Assembly: GCA_027459625.1 (NCBI GenBank)
Contig: DAIDHP010000007.1
Span: 38,220 to 102,219 of the forward strand
From: Chthonomonadales bacterium
Lineage (GTDB): Bacteria > Armatimonadota > Chthonomonadetes > Chthonomonadales > CAJBBX01
DNA: 64,000 nucleotides
Reading direction: 5' to 3'
Shown here piece by piece: positions 18,532-28,744 of this stretch (its first letter is position 1; each line of letters starts with the position of its first letter). The position numbers were made by a program, and so were the translations under genes. The notes beneath the pieces are model-generated. The model saw nothing but the letters and a program-made list of their open reading frames with translations, made no database searches and had not been told where the DNA came from.

Positions 18532-20058
18532 TTATCCCTGTTTCGTTTTCATCCGAGCTCGAGCTTTGATGATATCGAGGAGAGGCGTGATTTCATCCTT
18601 GCGGATGGCTCCTGTGAGCATGGCGGTCGGGATGAACAGCGCGATGGCGACGCCGCACACCAGGATGAACTCCCAGCGGTTGCGCATGGGGAGATAGAGA
18701 AGCACGACCGCCGGCACGACACCCGCCACCAAGCCTTTGGCAAGCGCGACGAAGTTCTCCTTGAGCGGGGCGATATCGGCGATCCATACCATGTAGAAGA
18801 TCACCATGAGCAGGTCGGTGAGTTCCGCCGCGATTGCGGCTCCAATGGCTCCGTTGCCCATATGATGATGGAACCAGGCGACCAACGGGATCGTCATAAC
18901 GATATTAAAGATGGCGGCGAAAATGGCGGTTTTGGCTTGTTTGTTGATGCGATTGCTGGCGATGAGTATCATGCCGTAATAGGAGCTTAGCCATCTTATG
19001 GGCATATTCAAACCGGGGATCACGAGGAGGATCGCCACGGCGCGGAAACTGTCGGCGCCGCGGCTCATAGGCAGCCCGAGGGCGTATAGCATGGCTTTGG
19101 AGCGCAACACCATCACAAGGGCGAAGGGAATGGAGAGAACGATAGCCGGATTGAGCACTCGACGGGACTGCAGGACGAACTCTTCGCGATTTCGCTCGTA
19201 TAGTCTTGTGAGGATGGGTATCATGACCCCGACTATGATGCCGGGAAGCAGGTAGAAGATACCGACCATCCGTTGCGCCACTGTGAACCAGCCGTTCTCG
19301 CGATAGCTTGCCAAGGCGCATAGGATATAAATCGTGGTGGGGTTGCCGTATATCCATAAAAAGAGGTTATACTGGAAATAGGGGATTCCCGCTTTGGTAA
19401 CCTTTTTTAAATCCGGCATGGATAATCGATGCAGACGGATTTTCTCCCCTTTAGAGAAGATGGCGGAGAGAATGCCCGTGATGGATCCAAGGGTGTCGCC
19501 GAACACCGCCCCCAGCGGACTATGATAGCGCAGCACCAAGCCGATGCGCGCGGAAACCGCGACGAACTTGGAGAGCATGCCGGCGCGCGCCACGGTGGCG
19601 AAGCGCGTGAAGCCGTTGCGGAAGGACATCACGATATCGCTCATCCAGCCCAAATAGGTGTTGAAGCTGACAAGCGCGATGAGACTGAGAACCATGGGAT
19701 CGCGGATGGTGAGCCGCATGACGACGTAAATGGCGAGGATGATCGGGACGCCGATAAGCGTGCGGAACCAGAAGATCGCACTGCAGAGTCTGCCGGCGGC
19801 CTCCTCATCGGCGCTGATGGTGCGGATGATCTGCATCCCGCCGCCGAAGGTGACGAGCAGGGAGGCGAAGCTGAGCACGGAGCCGGCGAGCGACATCTTG
19901 CCGTAGTTTGCGGGGCCGAGGAACCGCGGAACGATCGCCACCTCGATGAGGCTTAGCCCCCACGTCCAAGCGGTACTTACGAGCATTAAAGCCAAGCCTG
20001 TGAAGGCTCGCACGGAGAGGGACGGTCTGTCTTCTGGTTCGGATTCGGGAAAATACAT
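18532..20058 (-). CDS. polysaccharide biosynthesis protein, Wzx-type (MOP superfamily) flippase
   Basis: 508 aa that is highly hydrophobic, with roughly 12-14 TM segments. Size, composition and context match oligosaccharide flippases. Confidence 0.7.
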   Translation of the reverse strand: MYFPESEPEDRPSLSVRAFTGLALMLVSTAWTWGLSLIEVAIVPRFLGPANYGKMSLAGSVLSFASLLVTFGGGMQIIRTISADEEAAGRLCSAIFWFRTLIGVPIILAIYVVMRLTIRDPMVLSLIALVSFNTYLGWMSDIVMSFRNGFTRFATVARAGMLSKFVAVSARIGLVLRYHSPLGAVFGDTLGSITGILSAIFSKGEKIRLHRLSMPDLKKVTKAGIPYFQYNLFLWIYGNPTTIYILCALASYRENGWFTVAQRMVGIFYLLPGIIVGVMIPILTRLYERNREEFVLQSRRVLNPAIVLSIPFALVMVLRSKAMLYALGLPMSRGADSFRAVAILLVIPGLNMPIRWLSSYYGMILIASNRINKQAKTAIFAAIFNIVMTIPLVAWFHHHMGNGAIGAAIAAELTDLLMVIFYMVWIADIAPLKENFVALAKGLVAGVVPAVVLLYLPMRNRWEFILVCGVAIALFIPTAMLTGAIRKDEITPLLDIIKARARMKTKQG

Positions 20059-20250
20059 GATCGCTCGATTTCGTCGGGCTTCGCGCCCGCCCCTCGCGAA
20101 TGCTCACTTGGGGGATGTCAACAGATATGATACCCTAGCTATGAATTATGCGCATTGAGACCGACAATATTATCGGCTTGCGAGGGCACAAGACTTAGGA
20201 AGGACTTGCTTGAGCGTCGCCGTCGCAAGCGGTGAAATGAGGAGAGGATT

Positions 20251-21261
20251 GTGGAACAAACAGATGACCTCAAAACGAAGCTGATATCCGAGGAAGGGGT
20301 AGCGGTGGTGCGAGAGGGTTTTAATAGGGAGGGGAATATTGCTCCACTTCGAGTTAGCGCATTGATATGCACCAAGGACCGGAGCGATATGCTGCCAAAT
20401 GCAGTAGAGAGCATATTAAACGCATCTTCAATCATCGAAGAACTTATTGTTATAGATCAATCCACTGATGAAAGATCGGAAAAATCAATTGAGCAATTTA
20501 ACACTGATACTCGTTTAAAATATGTAAAGGATAACCGCGTAGGTAAAGGTTTGGCTCTTAATACTGGCTTGAAGTTGGCGCAAGGAGATGTTGTAGCAAT
20601 CACCGATGATGACTGCATGGTATCAAAAGATTGGCCATTGCAATTGATATCCCCGTTTGTTAATAACAAGAAGGTAGTCGTAACCTTTGGTACTGTTAAT
20701 GCCGCCAAATACGATACGACTAAGGGTTTTGTACCGATATTTGAAATCACGAAAGATATGCATATAAAACATCCATGGCAAATGATAGGTCAACCTGGTA
20801 TTGGTGCGAATATGGCGGTAAGGAAACAGGAATTTCTTTCCTTTGGAGCATTTGATCCGGAACTTGGCCCTGGGGGCATGTTTAAAGCTTGTATTGATTA
20901 TGATGTTGCTCTAAGGGCGCTTCTTTTTGGTTATGAAGTCTCAAAAGTTAAAGAAAGTACATTAGTTCATTATGGATTTAGAGACTGGGCAGATTCTCAA
21001 AAGTTGATCAGAAATGCGTATTATGGTACGGGAGCATCATATATCAAACCTATTCGATGTGGTAGAATTGGCGCCATTCCTACTTTTTTAAGTGAATTTT
21101 TGCTTCATACGGTTTTTTACTGTATTGCAAGGATGGTAAAATTGCAAAAGCCAATTGGATTTATGCGTATCGTATATTTTATAAGAGGATCAATAGCTGG
21201 ATGGATGCAACCAATGGATCATAAAACCCTTAAATACCTGTCGGAAAGGGAAAATAATTAG
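20251..21261 (+). CDS. family 2 glycosyltransferase
   Basis: 336 aa with GT2 features (SALICTKDRSDMLPNAVESIL, VIDQSTDE, ITDDDCMV = DxD region). GTG start with a GAGGAG SD. Confidence 0.85.
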   Translation: MEQTDDLKTKLISEEGVAVVREGFNREGNIAPLRVSALICTKDRSDMLPNAVESILNASSIIEELIVIDQSTDERSEKSIEQFNTDTRLKYVKDNRVGKGLALNTGLKLAQGDVVAITDDDCMVSKDWPLQLISPFVNNKKVVVTFGTVNAAKYDTTKGFVPIFEITKDMHIKHPWQMIGQPGIGANMAVRKQEFLSFGAFDPELGPGGMFKACIDYDVALRALLFGYEVSKVKESTLVHYGFRDWADSQKLIRNAYYGTGASYIKPIRCGRIGAIPTFLSEFLLHTVFYCIARMVKLQKPIGFMRIVYFIRGSIAGWMQPMDHKTLKYLSERENN

Positions 21262-21438
21262 GGAGATGCGGGTGCGAGTGGAAATGAAATGTAATGACAT
21301 ATGATACATTGCTAAGTTGAACTGAATTTATTATTATTTACATATAAGTTATCAATATCGTTCAATATTCGGCTATTCCCTATAGATTTTACATATCCTG
21401 CCGATAATCTTCTAACAAGCGAAAGCAAGGAGAAGAGA

Positions 21439-22386
21439 ATGGCGCAGATATTGCAGTCTGATGAGATTCGGAGCGCGATACCCAAGAAGTTAAGTGTAAG
21501 TGCTCTGATATGCACTCGTAATCGCAGCGAAATGTTGCCGTATGCTGTGGAGAGTATACTTAAAGGTTCGAGTATTATCCATGAGCTCATAGTGATTGAT
21601 CAATCCACCGATGAACGCTCTAAAATGTCCTTGACCCCATACTTTTTCGACTCACGACTTGTGTATGTTCCGGATGATCGCGTCGGAAAAAGTTTGGCGT
21701 TAAATAAAGGACTACTTGAGGCTAAAGGGGATGTTGTGGCGATGACGGATGATGATTGCATCGTATCGCAGTCTTGGCCTGACGAACTAATATTACCATT
21801 TCGGAACATCGATAATTTGGCAATCTCTTGTGGAAATGTTGTAGCTACTATTCACGATATCAATAAGGAATTCATTCCGGAATACAATATCGATAAAGAC
21901 AGAATAATAGCAAACATCAGGCAGATGAAAAACTCCTTGGGAATAGGCGCAAACATGGCGGTTAGTAAATCAAAAGTCCTTTCCATAGGTGGATATGATG
22001 AATCACTCGGACCAGGCGCTAAGTTTATGGCGGGCGAAGATTATGATATAATAATTCGATGCTTGCTGAATAAAATGCTAGTGTACCAAGCTGCGAAGTC
22101 TGAGGTCATTCATTACGGAATTAGAACAATAGAAGAAAGTCGATATTTGATACAAAACGCATATTTCGGAATGGGTGCAACATATATTAAACCGATTAAA
22201 ATCGGGAAACTATGTTTTTTACATAATTATATGTATGAGCTATTTATAAATTTACTTGGTAATTCTATAAAAAAGATTATATTTAATAATAAACCATACG
22301 GTATAGCACGTATTCTTAATTTTGTAAAAGGTAGTGTAAAAGGTATTTATACATTTATTGATAACGAATCTTTTAAATATTGTTGA
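21439..22386 (+). CDS. family 2 glycosyltransferase (tandem paralog of 20251-21261)
   Basis: 315 aa. SALICTRNRSEMLPYAVESIL, VIDQSTDE and MTDDDCIV are collinear with the upstream paralog. Confidence 0.85.
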   Translation: MAQILQSDEIRSAIPKKLSVSALICTRNRSEMLPYAVESILKGSSIIHELIVIDQSTDERSKMSLTPYFFDSRLVYVPDDRVGKSLALNKGLLEAKGDVVAMTDDDCIVSQSWPDELILPFRNIDNLAISCGNVVATIHDINKEFIPEYNIDKDRIIANIRQMKNSLGIGANMAVSKSKVLSIGGYDESLGPGAKFMAGEDYDIIIRCLLNKMLVYQAAKSEVIHYGIRTIEESRYLIQNAYFGMGATYIKPIKIGKLCFLHNYMYELFINLLGNSIKKIIFNNKPYGIARILNFVKGSVKGIYTFIDNESFKYC

Positions 22387-22452
22387 CTATTGTATTTAAA
22401 ATAAAATAGTAGATTGGCTAAATTAGTGATGTAATATCAACGAGGTAGATAT

Positions 22453-23382
22453 ATGTATGGAATTGTGGCTCCTATTTGGAATGGAGAAAGATATCTTGAA
22501 AAATGCATTGAATCAGTTTTGAGTCAGACTGTCCAAAATTTTGAATTAGTATTAGTCAATGATGGCTCGACGGATTCAAGCGAGGAAATTATATATAAAT
22601 TCATAAAACTAGATAAAAGAATTAAATATGTCAAGCAAGATAATTTAAAAGTCGCAAAAGCCAGAAACAGAGGATTTCAAGAATTATCAAAATACATTAA
22701 CTATATCTTATTTATCGATCAAGATGATTATTTGGAACAGAATGCTATAGAAATTTTACATGGTGCATTATTACAACACCCAGAATCACCTGCATCTTAT
22801 GGCTTGGGAAGATTTGTGGGTATGAATGGTGAATATTACACAAAGAGCATTTCAGACGCATATGGTTACAATAGATACAAAATTGAAAATAACAAAAGAG
22901 TAATTATTCGAGATCATTACACTCTATCTTCTTTTGACGTTCTTGCCGTCTGGCCAGCTATTATGACACCCGGGCAAATGTTAATAAAAAAAGAGGCTTT
23001 TATTAGTACAGGAGGATTCGATCCCTATGCTGAGCCGGCGGATGAATGGGAGTTGACATTAAAATTATCAACTATTTCCGACTTGGCTTACATTCCACTA
23101 TTTGTTATGAATAAACGATGTCATGATAGGCACGCATTAACATCTGGCATTTACAAGAATAATAATATGATTTATATAAGAAAAAAGATGGCTCAAAATA
23201 ATGGCATATATGCAAATTTCAATCATACCGCAAAAGTTGCACTTAAGTATGCTATATTGTTTAATTGTAACGTATTTAAAACACATATTAGACAGAAAAA
23301 TATTAAAGGTGCAAGAAGTCGTTTAAAAAATATAATTCAAGATATAATACTTTATCACACAACATATAATAATATACATTAA
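22453..23382 (+). CDS. family 2 glycosyltransferase
   Basis: 309 aa. IVAPIWNGERYLEKCIESVLSQT and LVNDGSTDSS are typical of the GT2 N-terminal domain. GAGGT SD. Confidence 0.85.
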   Translation: MYGIVAPIWNGERYLEKCIESVLSQTVQNFELVLVNDGSTDSSEEIIYKFIKLDKRIKYVKQDNLKVAKARNRGFQELSKYINYILFIDQDDYLEQNAIEILHGALLQHPESPASYGLGRFVGMNGEYYTKSISDAYGYNRYKIENNKRVIIRDHYTLSSFDVLAVWPAIMTPGQMLIKKEAFISTGGFDPYAEPADEWELTLKLSTISDLAYIPLFVMNKRCHDRHALTSGIYKNNNMIYIRKKMAQNNGIYANFNHTAKVALKYAILFNCNVFKTHIRQKNIKGARSRLKNIIQDIILYHTTYNNIH

Positions 23383-24447
23383 ATGAATAAGTACAAAATT
23401 GATTTCGCTCTGATTACTTTAACAGGTAACATTACACGTTATCTTCTTATAAGGCCTGTGGTGGAAAGCGATCCAACTATCAAATCCAGATGGTATCCGA
23501 TTCGCACGTGGTACGCTGAAGACCCTCTTGGAATTTTGCCAATTCGACTTCGAATTCGCTTACGTCATTTTCTGGATTCCTGGAGGCTCTACGCGCAATC
23601 CAAACCTGAAGCAGTCCTGATGCATGCTTTTGAAACTTACTATCTATACGCAATATACAAATATCTATTTGCAAGGGAAGTCATTCTTGTGAATAATCCT
23701 GACGGTCACATTGGCACATCTAAACTGAATAGATTCGCAGTAACTCAAACAGATTTGATTGTGCTTTGGTCTAATTATTATAAGGATATCGTTAGTTTGG
23801 ATCACCCTTCTTATCCAAAAGAAAAGATTAAAGTATTGCATCCCGGCCTTGATCTTTCTAAATGGCATTTGAAAGATTTTAAGCGTTCAAATAAACCATA
23901 CAATATTCTTTTTGTCGGTGGCGATATATATCGCAAGGGAGGAGATATTTTATTGGATGCTTTTGAGAAGGGATTGAGTCAAGATTGCTTTCTTCATATC
24001 GCGACACAATCGGGCTACCTTGATGAGAAAATGAAGATACGATTACATAATACCGCAGGCGTGTTTCCGTACCTCGACTTACCATCCGGATCTGATGAAA
24101 TGCGCGCATTATATCAAAAAGCGGATGTACTTGTACACCCTACCAATTCGGATTCGAATTCGTGGGTCGCTTTGGAAGCGATGGCCAGTGGAGTACCTGT
24201 AATCATTAATCCAATGTGCGGTATTACCGATATTATGTGGGATGGAGTAACGGGTTTGCATGTTACTCCAAAAAACCCTGACGCCATCATAGATACTGTG
24301 CAAAGATTATTCAAGAATCAAGAATTACGCCAAAATCTCATCTTAAACGGCCGCCGACATGTTGAAGAACATTTTGATGTTGTAATAAATACGCAGACAC
24401 TTATGGTATGGATTAAGGAGTTGATAGATAAAAGGCATTATGACTGA
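23383..24447 (+). CDS. family 4 (GT-B) glycosyltransferase
   Basis: 354 aa with a C-terminal GT4 signature region (HPTNSDSNSWVALEAMASGVPVIINPMCGITDIMWDGVTG). The ATG abuts the preceding stop. Confidence 0.85.
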   Translation: MNKYKIDFALITLTGNITRYLLIRPVVESDPTIKSRWYPIRTWYAEDPLGILPIRLRIRLRHFLDSWRLYAQSKPEAVLMHAFETYYLYAIYKYLFAREVILVNNPDGHIGTSKLNRFAVTQTDLIVLWSNYYKDIVSLDHPSYPKEKIKVLHPGLDLSKWHLKDFKRSNKPYNILFVGGDIYRKGGDILLDAFEKGLSQDCFLHIATQSGYLDEKMKIRLHNTAGVFPYLDLPSGSDEMRALYQKADVLVHPTNSDSNSWVALEAMASGVPVIINPMCGITDIMWDGVTGLHVTPKNPDAIIDTVQRLFKNQELRQNLILNGRRHVEEHFDVVINTQTLMVWIKELIDKRHYD

Positions 24448-24461
24448 AGGCTATTATAACA

Positions 24462-25559
24462 ATGAATTGTAAGCAACATATGGCAATGCTTATGTCCACC
24501 GAGGTGGGATTGAAGACACAGTATCTGAACTGGCGAGAAAACCTTCCTTTACTTGATGGAATTGATCCTGTATGGATTACGGTTGATTGGTGGAATGAGA
24601 ACGGATCGATCGAGAATCTTCCCGGAATACCAAATGGTGTAAAAGCTAGGTTAAGAGCACATTGGGAATTATCCAAAGGATTTAAAAAAGGTCCGTTCGA
24701 TGCATTGTTGCTCGCAAGTTCCGTCACTCTGCCCGGAGGTAATCGTTTCCTTAAAAAGCAACCTTTTTTTGTGATGCTTGACATCACACCCAAGCAGATG
24801 GCGGATTTAGGGGAGATTTATGACAAGCCTGAAAGAAAAATTCCCTTTCTTCATTACTTAAAGCTAAAGATTTGGAGATGGAGGTTCCTAAACGCCATCG
24901 CCCTTTTCCCATGGTCTCAGTGGGCTGCGGACAGCATGATTACTGACTATGGCGCCGATCCCCAAAAAATTCATGTCGTTCCTCCTGGAATTAATCTCGT
25001 TAAATGGAACTTCGTGGATCGAACCCAGCGAAACGGGGACGTGCGAATACTTTTTGTTGGAGGTGGATTCAAACGCAAGGGTGGTGATCTGCTCCTTGAA
25101 TGGGCGCAAAAGACCAAGATGACAGGGTGGGTACTGGATATGGTCACTCGGGATTGCGTGACCCCTCCAAATGAACAGGTGCGAATACACAATGGTTTGG
25201 ACCAAGATAACCCAAAACTGAGGGAGTTGTACGAACAGGCGGATATTTTCGTGCTTCCCACCTTGGGGGATTGCTATTCCCTCGCCAGCCTTGAGGCTAT
25301 GGCGACAGGATTGCCGGTGATTGTATCGGCGGTAGGTGGCATTCCGGATATCATACGCGAAGGGGAGACTGGGTTTCTCATCACGATTGGAGACGAGGAA
25401 GCTCTTGCGAACAGATTGGAATATATGATCACCCAGCCAAAGGAGCGATTGAGGATGGGGTGTAATGCGCGAAAAGACGTGGAGGAGAAGTGGGATGCAA
25501 AAAAAAATATCGAATATATAATCACAGAGATCAATCGATTATTACATACTTTGATTTAA
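24462..25559 (+). CDS. family 4 (GT-B) glycosyltransferase
   Basis: 365 aa with FVGGGFKRKGGDLLLE and LPTLGDCYSLASLEAMATGLPVIVSAVGGIPDIIREGETGFL. Confidence 0.85.
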   Translation: MNCKQHMAMLMSTEVGLKTQYLNWRENLPLLDGIDPVWITVDWWNENGSIENLPGIPNGVKARLRAHWELSKGFKKGPFDALLLASSVTLPGGNRFLKKQPFFVMLDITPKQMADLGEIYDKPERKIPFLHYLKLKIWRWRFLNAIALFPWSQWAADSMITDYGADPQKIHVVPPGINLVKWNFVDRTQRNGDVRILFVGGGFKRKGGDLLLEWAQKTKMTGWVLDMVTRDCVTPPNEQVRIHNGLDQDNPKLRELYEQADIFVLPTLGDCYSLASLEAMATGLPVIVSAVGGIPDIIREGETGFLITIGDEEALANRLEYMITQPKERLRMGCNARKDVEEKWDAKKNIEYIITEINRLLHTLI

Positions 25560-25639
25560 TAAAATAGCTATATTATTTGCAAAGAGTTCGTTATTAAACA
25601 AATTTATGATGTATATGAATGAGTGAAATCGAGGTATTT

Positions 25640-26707
25640 ATGATTAATGTCACAAAAACATATCTTCCATCATTAAAAAAATATAATAAATACTTGGAAA
25701 AACTTTGGGACAATCATTGGATAACTAATAATGGCGAGCTTCTTCAAGAGTTGAAGAATCGACTTACTGAATACCTAAATGTTAATAATATTGTATTAGT
25801 AAATAATGGAACGATGGCACTTCAAATAGCATATAAATTATTAAATTTGAAAGACGATATAATTACTACTCCATTTACATTTATAGCCTCATCAAGCAGT
25901 TTAAGCTGGGAAGGATTGAATCCAGTATTTGTTGACATAAATGAGAAAACATTAAATATAGATGAATCCTTAATTGAAAATGCAATTTCATGTAATACCA
26001 CAGGAATATTAGGTGTTCATGTTTTTGGAAACCCTTGTGACGTTGAATCAATTGATCTTATATGTAAAAAATACAATTTAAGTATAATATATGACGCAGC
26101 ACATGCGTTTGGTGTTGAATATAAATGCAAGTCAATCCTTTCGTACGGTGATATAAGTACTTTAAGTTTTCATGCTACTAAACTTTTTCACACGATAGAG
26201 GGTGGAGCCTTAATTATCAAGGATGATGAATTGTATATTAAGGCTAAACGCATGATCAATTTCGGATACGAAAATTGGGTAATTCATAATGTTGGTATAA
26301 ATGCCAAAATGAATGAATTTCAGGCTGCTATGGGATTATGTGTATTAGATGACATGGATTATATTATTGGAAATAGAAAAAAGTTATTTGAGAAATATTC
26401 GAATGAATTAAAAGAGTATGTCACTTTTCCTAAGTGGAATTGTCATGGTACAAATAACTATAGTTATTTTCCAGTTATATTTGATACTGAATTCAGAGCA
26501 ACAAAGGCATTGCAATTATTGAATGATAATGATATTTATCCCAGAAGATATTTTTATCCATCACTTGATACAATACAATATTTTGATAGTGAGCTAAATT
26601 GTCGACATTCGAGAAAAATATCATCATGTATTTTGTGTTTACCATTTTATTGTGGGTTGGAAGATAATATTCAAGATGCAGTAATTGATGTTATAAAAAA
26701 GGTATGA
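25640..26707 (+). CDS. DegT/DnrJ/EryC1/StrS-family sugar aminotransferase (WecE-like)
   Basis: PLP-enzyme pattern DAAHAFG ... SFHATKLFHTIEGG with the Schiff-base Lys. I prefer ATG 25640 (GAGGT SD 4 nt upstream) over the track start at 25619. Confidence 0.85.
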   Translation: MINVTKTYLPSLKKYNKYLEKLWDNHWITNNGELLQELKNRLTEYLNVNNIVLVNNGTMALQIAYKLLNLKDDIITTPFTFIASSSSLSWEGLNPVFVDINEKTLNIDESLIENAISCNTTGILGVHVFGNPCDVESIDLICKKYNLSIIYDAAHAFGVEYKCKSILSYGDISTLSFHATKLFHTIEGGALIIKDDELYIKAKRMINFGYENWVIHNVGINAKMNEFQAAMGLCVLDDMDYIIGNRKKLFEKYSNELKEYVTFPKWNCHGTNNYSYFPVIFDTEFRATKALQLLNDNDIYPRRYFYPSLDTIQYFDSELNCRHSRKISSCILCLPFYCGLEDNIQDAVIDVIKKV

Positions 26708-26708
26708 T

Positions 26709-27356
26709 ATGAATATAATTATTATTGGAGCATCTGGGCACGCTAAAGTAGCTTATTCGATCGCTAAAAAAATACATTACAACGTAATTCAATTCGTTGA
26801 TGATTTAAATATGGATAATCAATATCTTTATGATATTCCAGTATCTCATGATATGCTTGATCTTCCAATAAATGACGAGATTATATATTTCATTGCAATA
26901 GGTGATAATTTTAAAAGACATATTATACATGAAAAGTTGATAACTGCTAACCCGAATACTAATTTTGCAACATTAATTCATCCATCTTCGATTGTCGACG
27001 AATCTGTTTCAATAGGAGAAGGATCAATACTAATGCCAGGGTGTGTTATAAATATAGGATCGGTTATTGGTTCCCATTGCATAATAAATACAAATTCAAA
27101 TATCGACCACGATTGTAAAATAGGTAATTTTTCAAGTGTGCAGCCCGGTGTTAGTATTGCAGGAAATGTTACAATTGGATCATTGTCAAGTATATGCATA
27201 GGTTCTAATGTAATAGAAAAAATCAAAATAGGAACAAATTCCGTTATCGGTGCGCATTCACTTGTAAATAAAGACGTAGATGATTATTCACTGGTATATG
27301 GCAGTCCTTCAAAAAAAATAAAATCTATCCAGTTCGGATATTCATATTTGAAGTAG
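26709..27356 (+). CDS. hexapeptide-repeat sugar acetyltransferase (PglD/NeuD-like)
   Basis: 215 aa with an N-terminal MNIIIIGASGHAKV. The C-terminal left-handed beta-helix repeats read IGEGSILMPGCVINIGSVIGSHCIINTNSNIDHDCKIGNFSSVQPGVSIAGNVTIG. Confidence 0.8.
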   Translation: MNIIIIGASGHAKVAYSIAKKIHYNVIQFVDDLNMDNQYLYDIPVSHDMLDLPINDEIIYFIAIGDNFKRHIIHEKLITANPNTNFATLIHPSSIVDESVSIGEGSILMPGCVINIGSVIGSHCIINTNSNIDHDCKIGNFSSVQPGVSIAGNVTIGSLSSICIGSNVIEKIKIGTNSVIGAHSLVNKDVDDYSLVYGSPSKKIKSIQFGYSYLK

Positions 27357-27363
27357 AGATTGT

Positions 27364-28479
27364 ATGATATTACACATAATACCCGACGACAAATTTATAG
27401 ATATCGCTTATAGATTATTCGAAGATGTGTATCCCAATAATAATCAATATGTGATTATCTCAAAAGAAAATCATTTTAAATATGTAAATAGTATACCACT
27501 TAAAGCAATTAAATTATCCGAAATAATATCCCCGAAATATATACAATCCTTATCTAACTACTCATTGATTATCCTGCATCGATTGGATACAGCTAAAGTA
27601 AGATTTATTAATCATTTATCAAATAACGTTAAAATATTATGGATTGGATGGGGATTTGACTACTCTCAATATATATACCCCGATGATAAAATCATTTTAC
27701 CTAAAACTACACAATTAATGAATTATATAAAAAGAAACAATAAAGTTGATTATAAACAAATAATTAAAGAGCGAATTAAAACGATTTTATATGGTAAAGC
27801 AAATATAAACGATGCATTCGCCAAAATTAATTATTTTGCACCGGTTTTATATGAAGAATACGATCATATGCGCAATATTATCCCTAATTTTAAGCCAAAA
27901 TATATTGATTGGAATTATGGTACTCTAGAAGATGATTATTTAGTGAATAATATAAGTATTCAAAATACATATAAAAACATTTTAATCGGAAATTCCGCAA
28001 CACCATCAAATAATCATATTGAAGCACTCGACTATATTAATACATATGAAATTCAATTTGATAAAATTATTTGCCCATTAAGTTACGGAGATAACGATTA
28101 TGCATTTCATATTGTGCGCATTGGTCGTGAAATGTTTGCTGATAAGTTTTATCCCTTAACAACATATATATCTCGCCCTGAATACAACAAAATTATATCT
28201 TCATGTTCAAATGTAATAATGAATCACATTCGACAACAAGCTTTGGGGAATATCATTACAATGATGTACAACGGATCTAAGATATATTTTAATAGTTCTA
28301 GCCTTGTATATTCGCATTATAAAAGACAGGGTGCATTTATTTATACATTAAATGAATTGATATCTGAATATAAAGATTGCTTGACAATGGAACAAATTGA
28401 GATAAACAGGCAAATATTAAAATCAGAATGGTCAAAAGAAAAAATATACAAAAAGACTGAAGAAATTATTAAATTATAA
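27364..28479 (+). CDS. WecF-like 4-alpha-L-fucosyltransferase family protein (GT56)
   Basis: 371 aa. ILIGNSATPSNNHIEAL is collinear with E. coli WecF ILVGNSGDRSNEHIAAL (recalled from memory). The downstream region (CPLSYGDND..., RQQALGNI) also aligns. Confidence 0.65.
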   Translation: MILHIIPDDKFIDIAYRLFEDVYPNNNQYVIISKENHFKYVNSIPLKAIKLSEIISPKYIQSLSNYSLIILHRLDTAKVRFINHLSNNVKILWIGWGFDYSQYIYPDDKIILPKTTQLMNYIKRNNKVDYKQIIKERIKTILYGKANINDAFAKINYFAPVLYEEYDHMRNIIPNFKPKYIDWNYGTLEDDYLVNNISIQNTYKNILIGNSATPSNNHIEALDYINTYEIQFDKIICPLSYGDNDYAFHIVRIGREMFADKFYPLTTYISRPEYNKIISSCSNVIMNHIRQQALGNIITMMYNGSKIYFNSSSLVYSHYKRQGAFIYTLNELISEYKDCLTMEQIEINRQILKSEWSKEKIYKKTEEIIKL

Positions 28480-28744
28480 TATGTAAAGTTTATGCTAAGA
28501 TTAATTTATATATGAATCTTATAAATAATAAAATAAATATATGAATCATGTAAATATGTACCAAGTAATATTTTGCCCAATAGAGTCTTGCTGGAACTGC
28601 AAGGATTTCGAGGCTATCATAGCTTCCACGGGTAGAAAATATAAGTACTCCGTACTTAATCAGAATTGCCAACTCACCGCTTATCCACCCCTGGAGGGGA
28701 TAGAGTGGATATTTTTGCGGAATGCGATGAGGGAAATTTAACAT

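Noticed and set aside
17344-19956. Plus-strand ORFs of 229, 247 and 175 aa opposite the WD40 and flippase genes
   Set aside because: They lie antisense to well-supported genes. Their composition is Arg/Gly/Asp/His-rich, and they have no SD or motifs.
28541-28741. 66-aa plus-strand ORF with a CPIESCWNC motif just before the IS
   Set aside because: It has no SD and lies in AT-rich, spacer-like sequence. It terminates before the IS junction, so it is not a truncated gene, and the evidence is insufficient.
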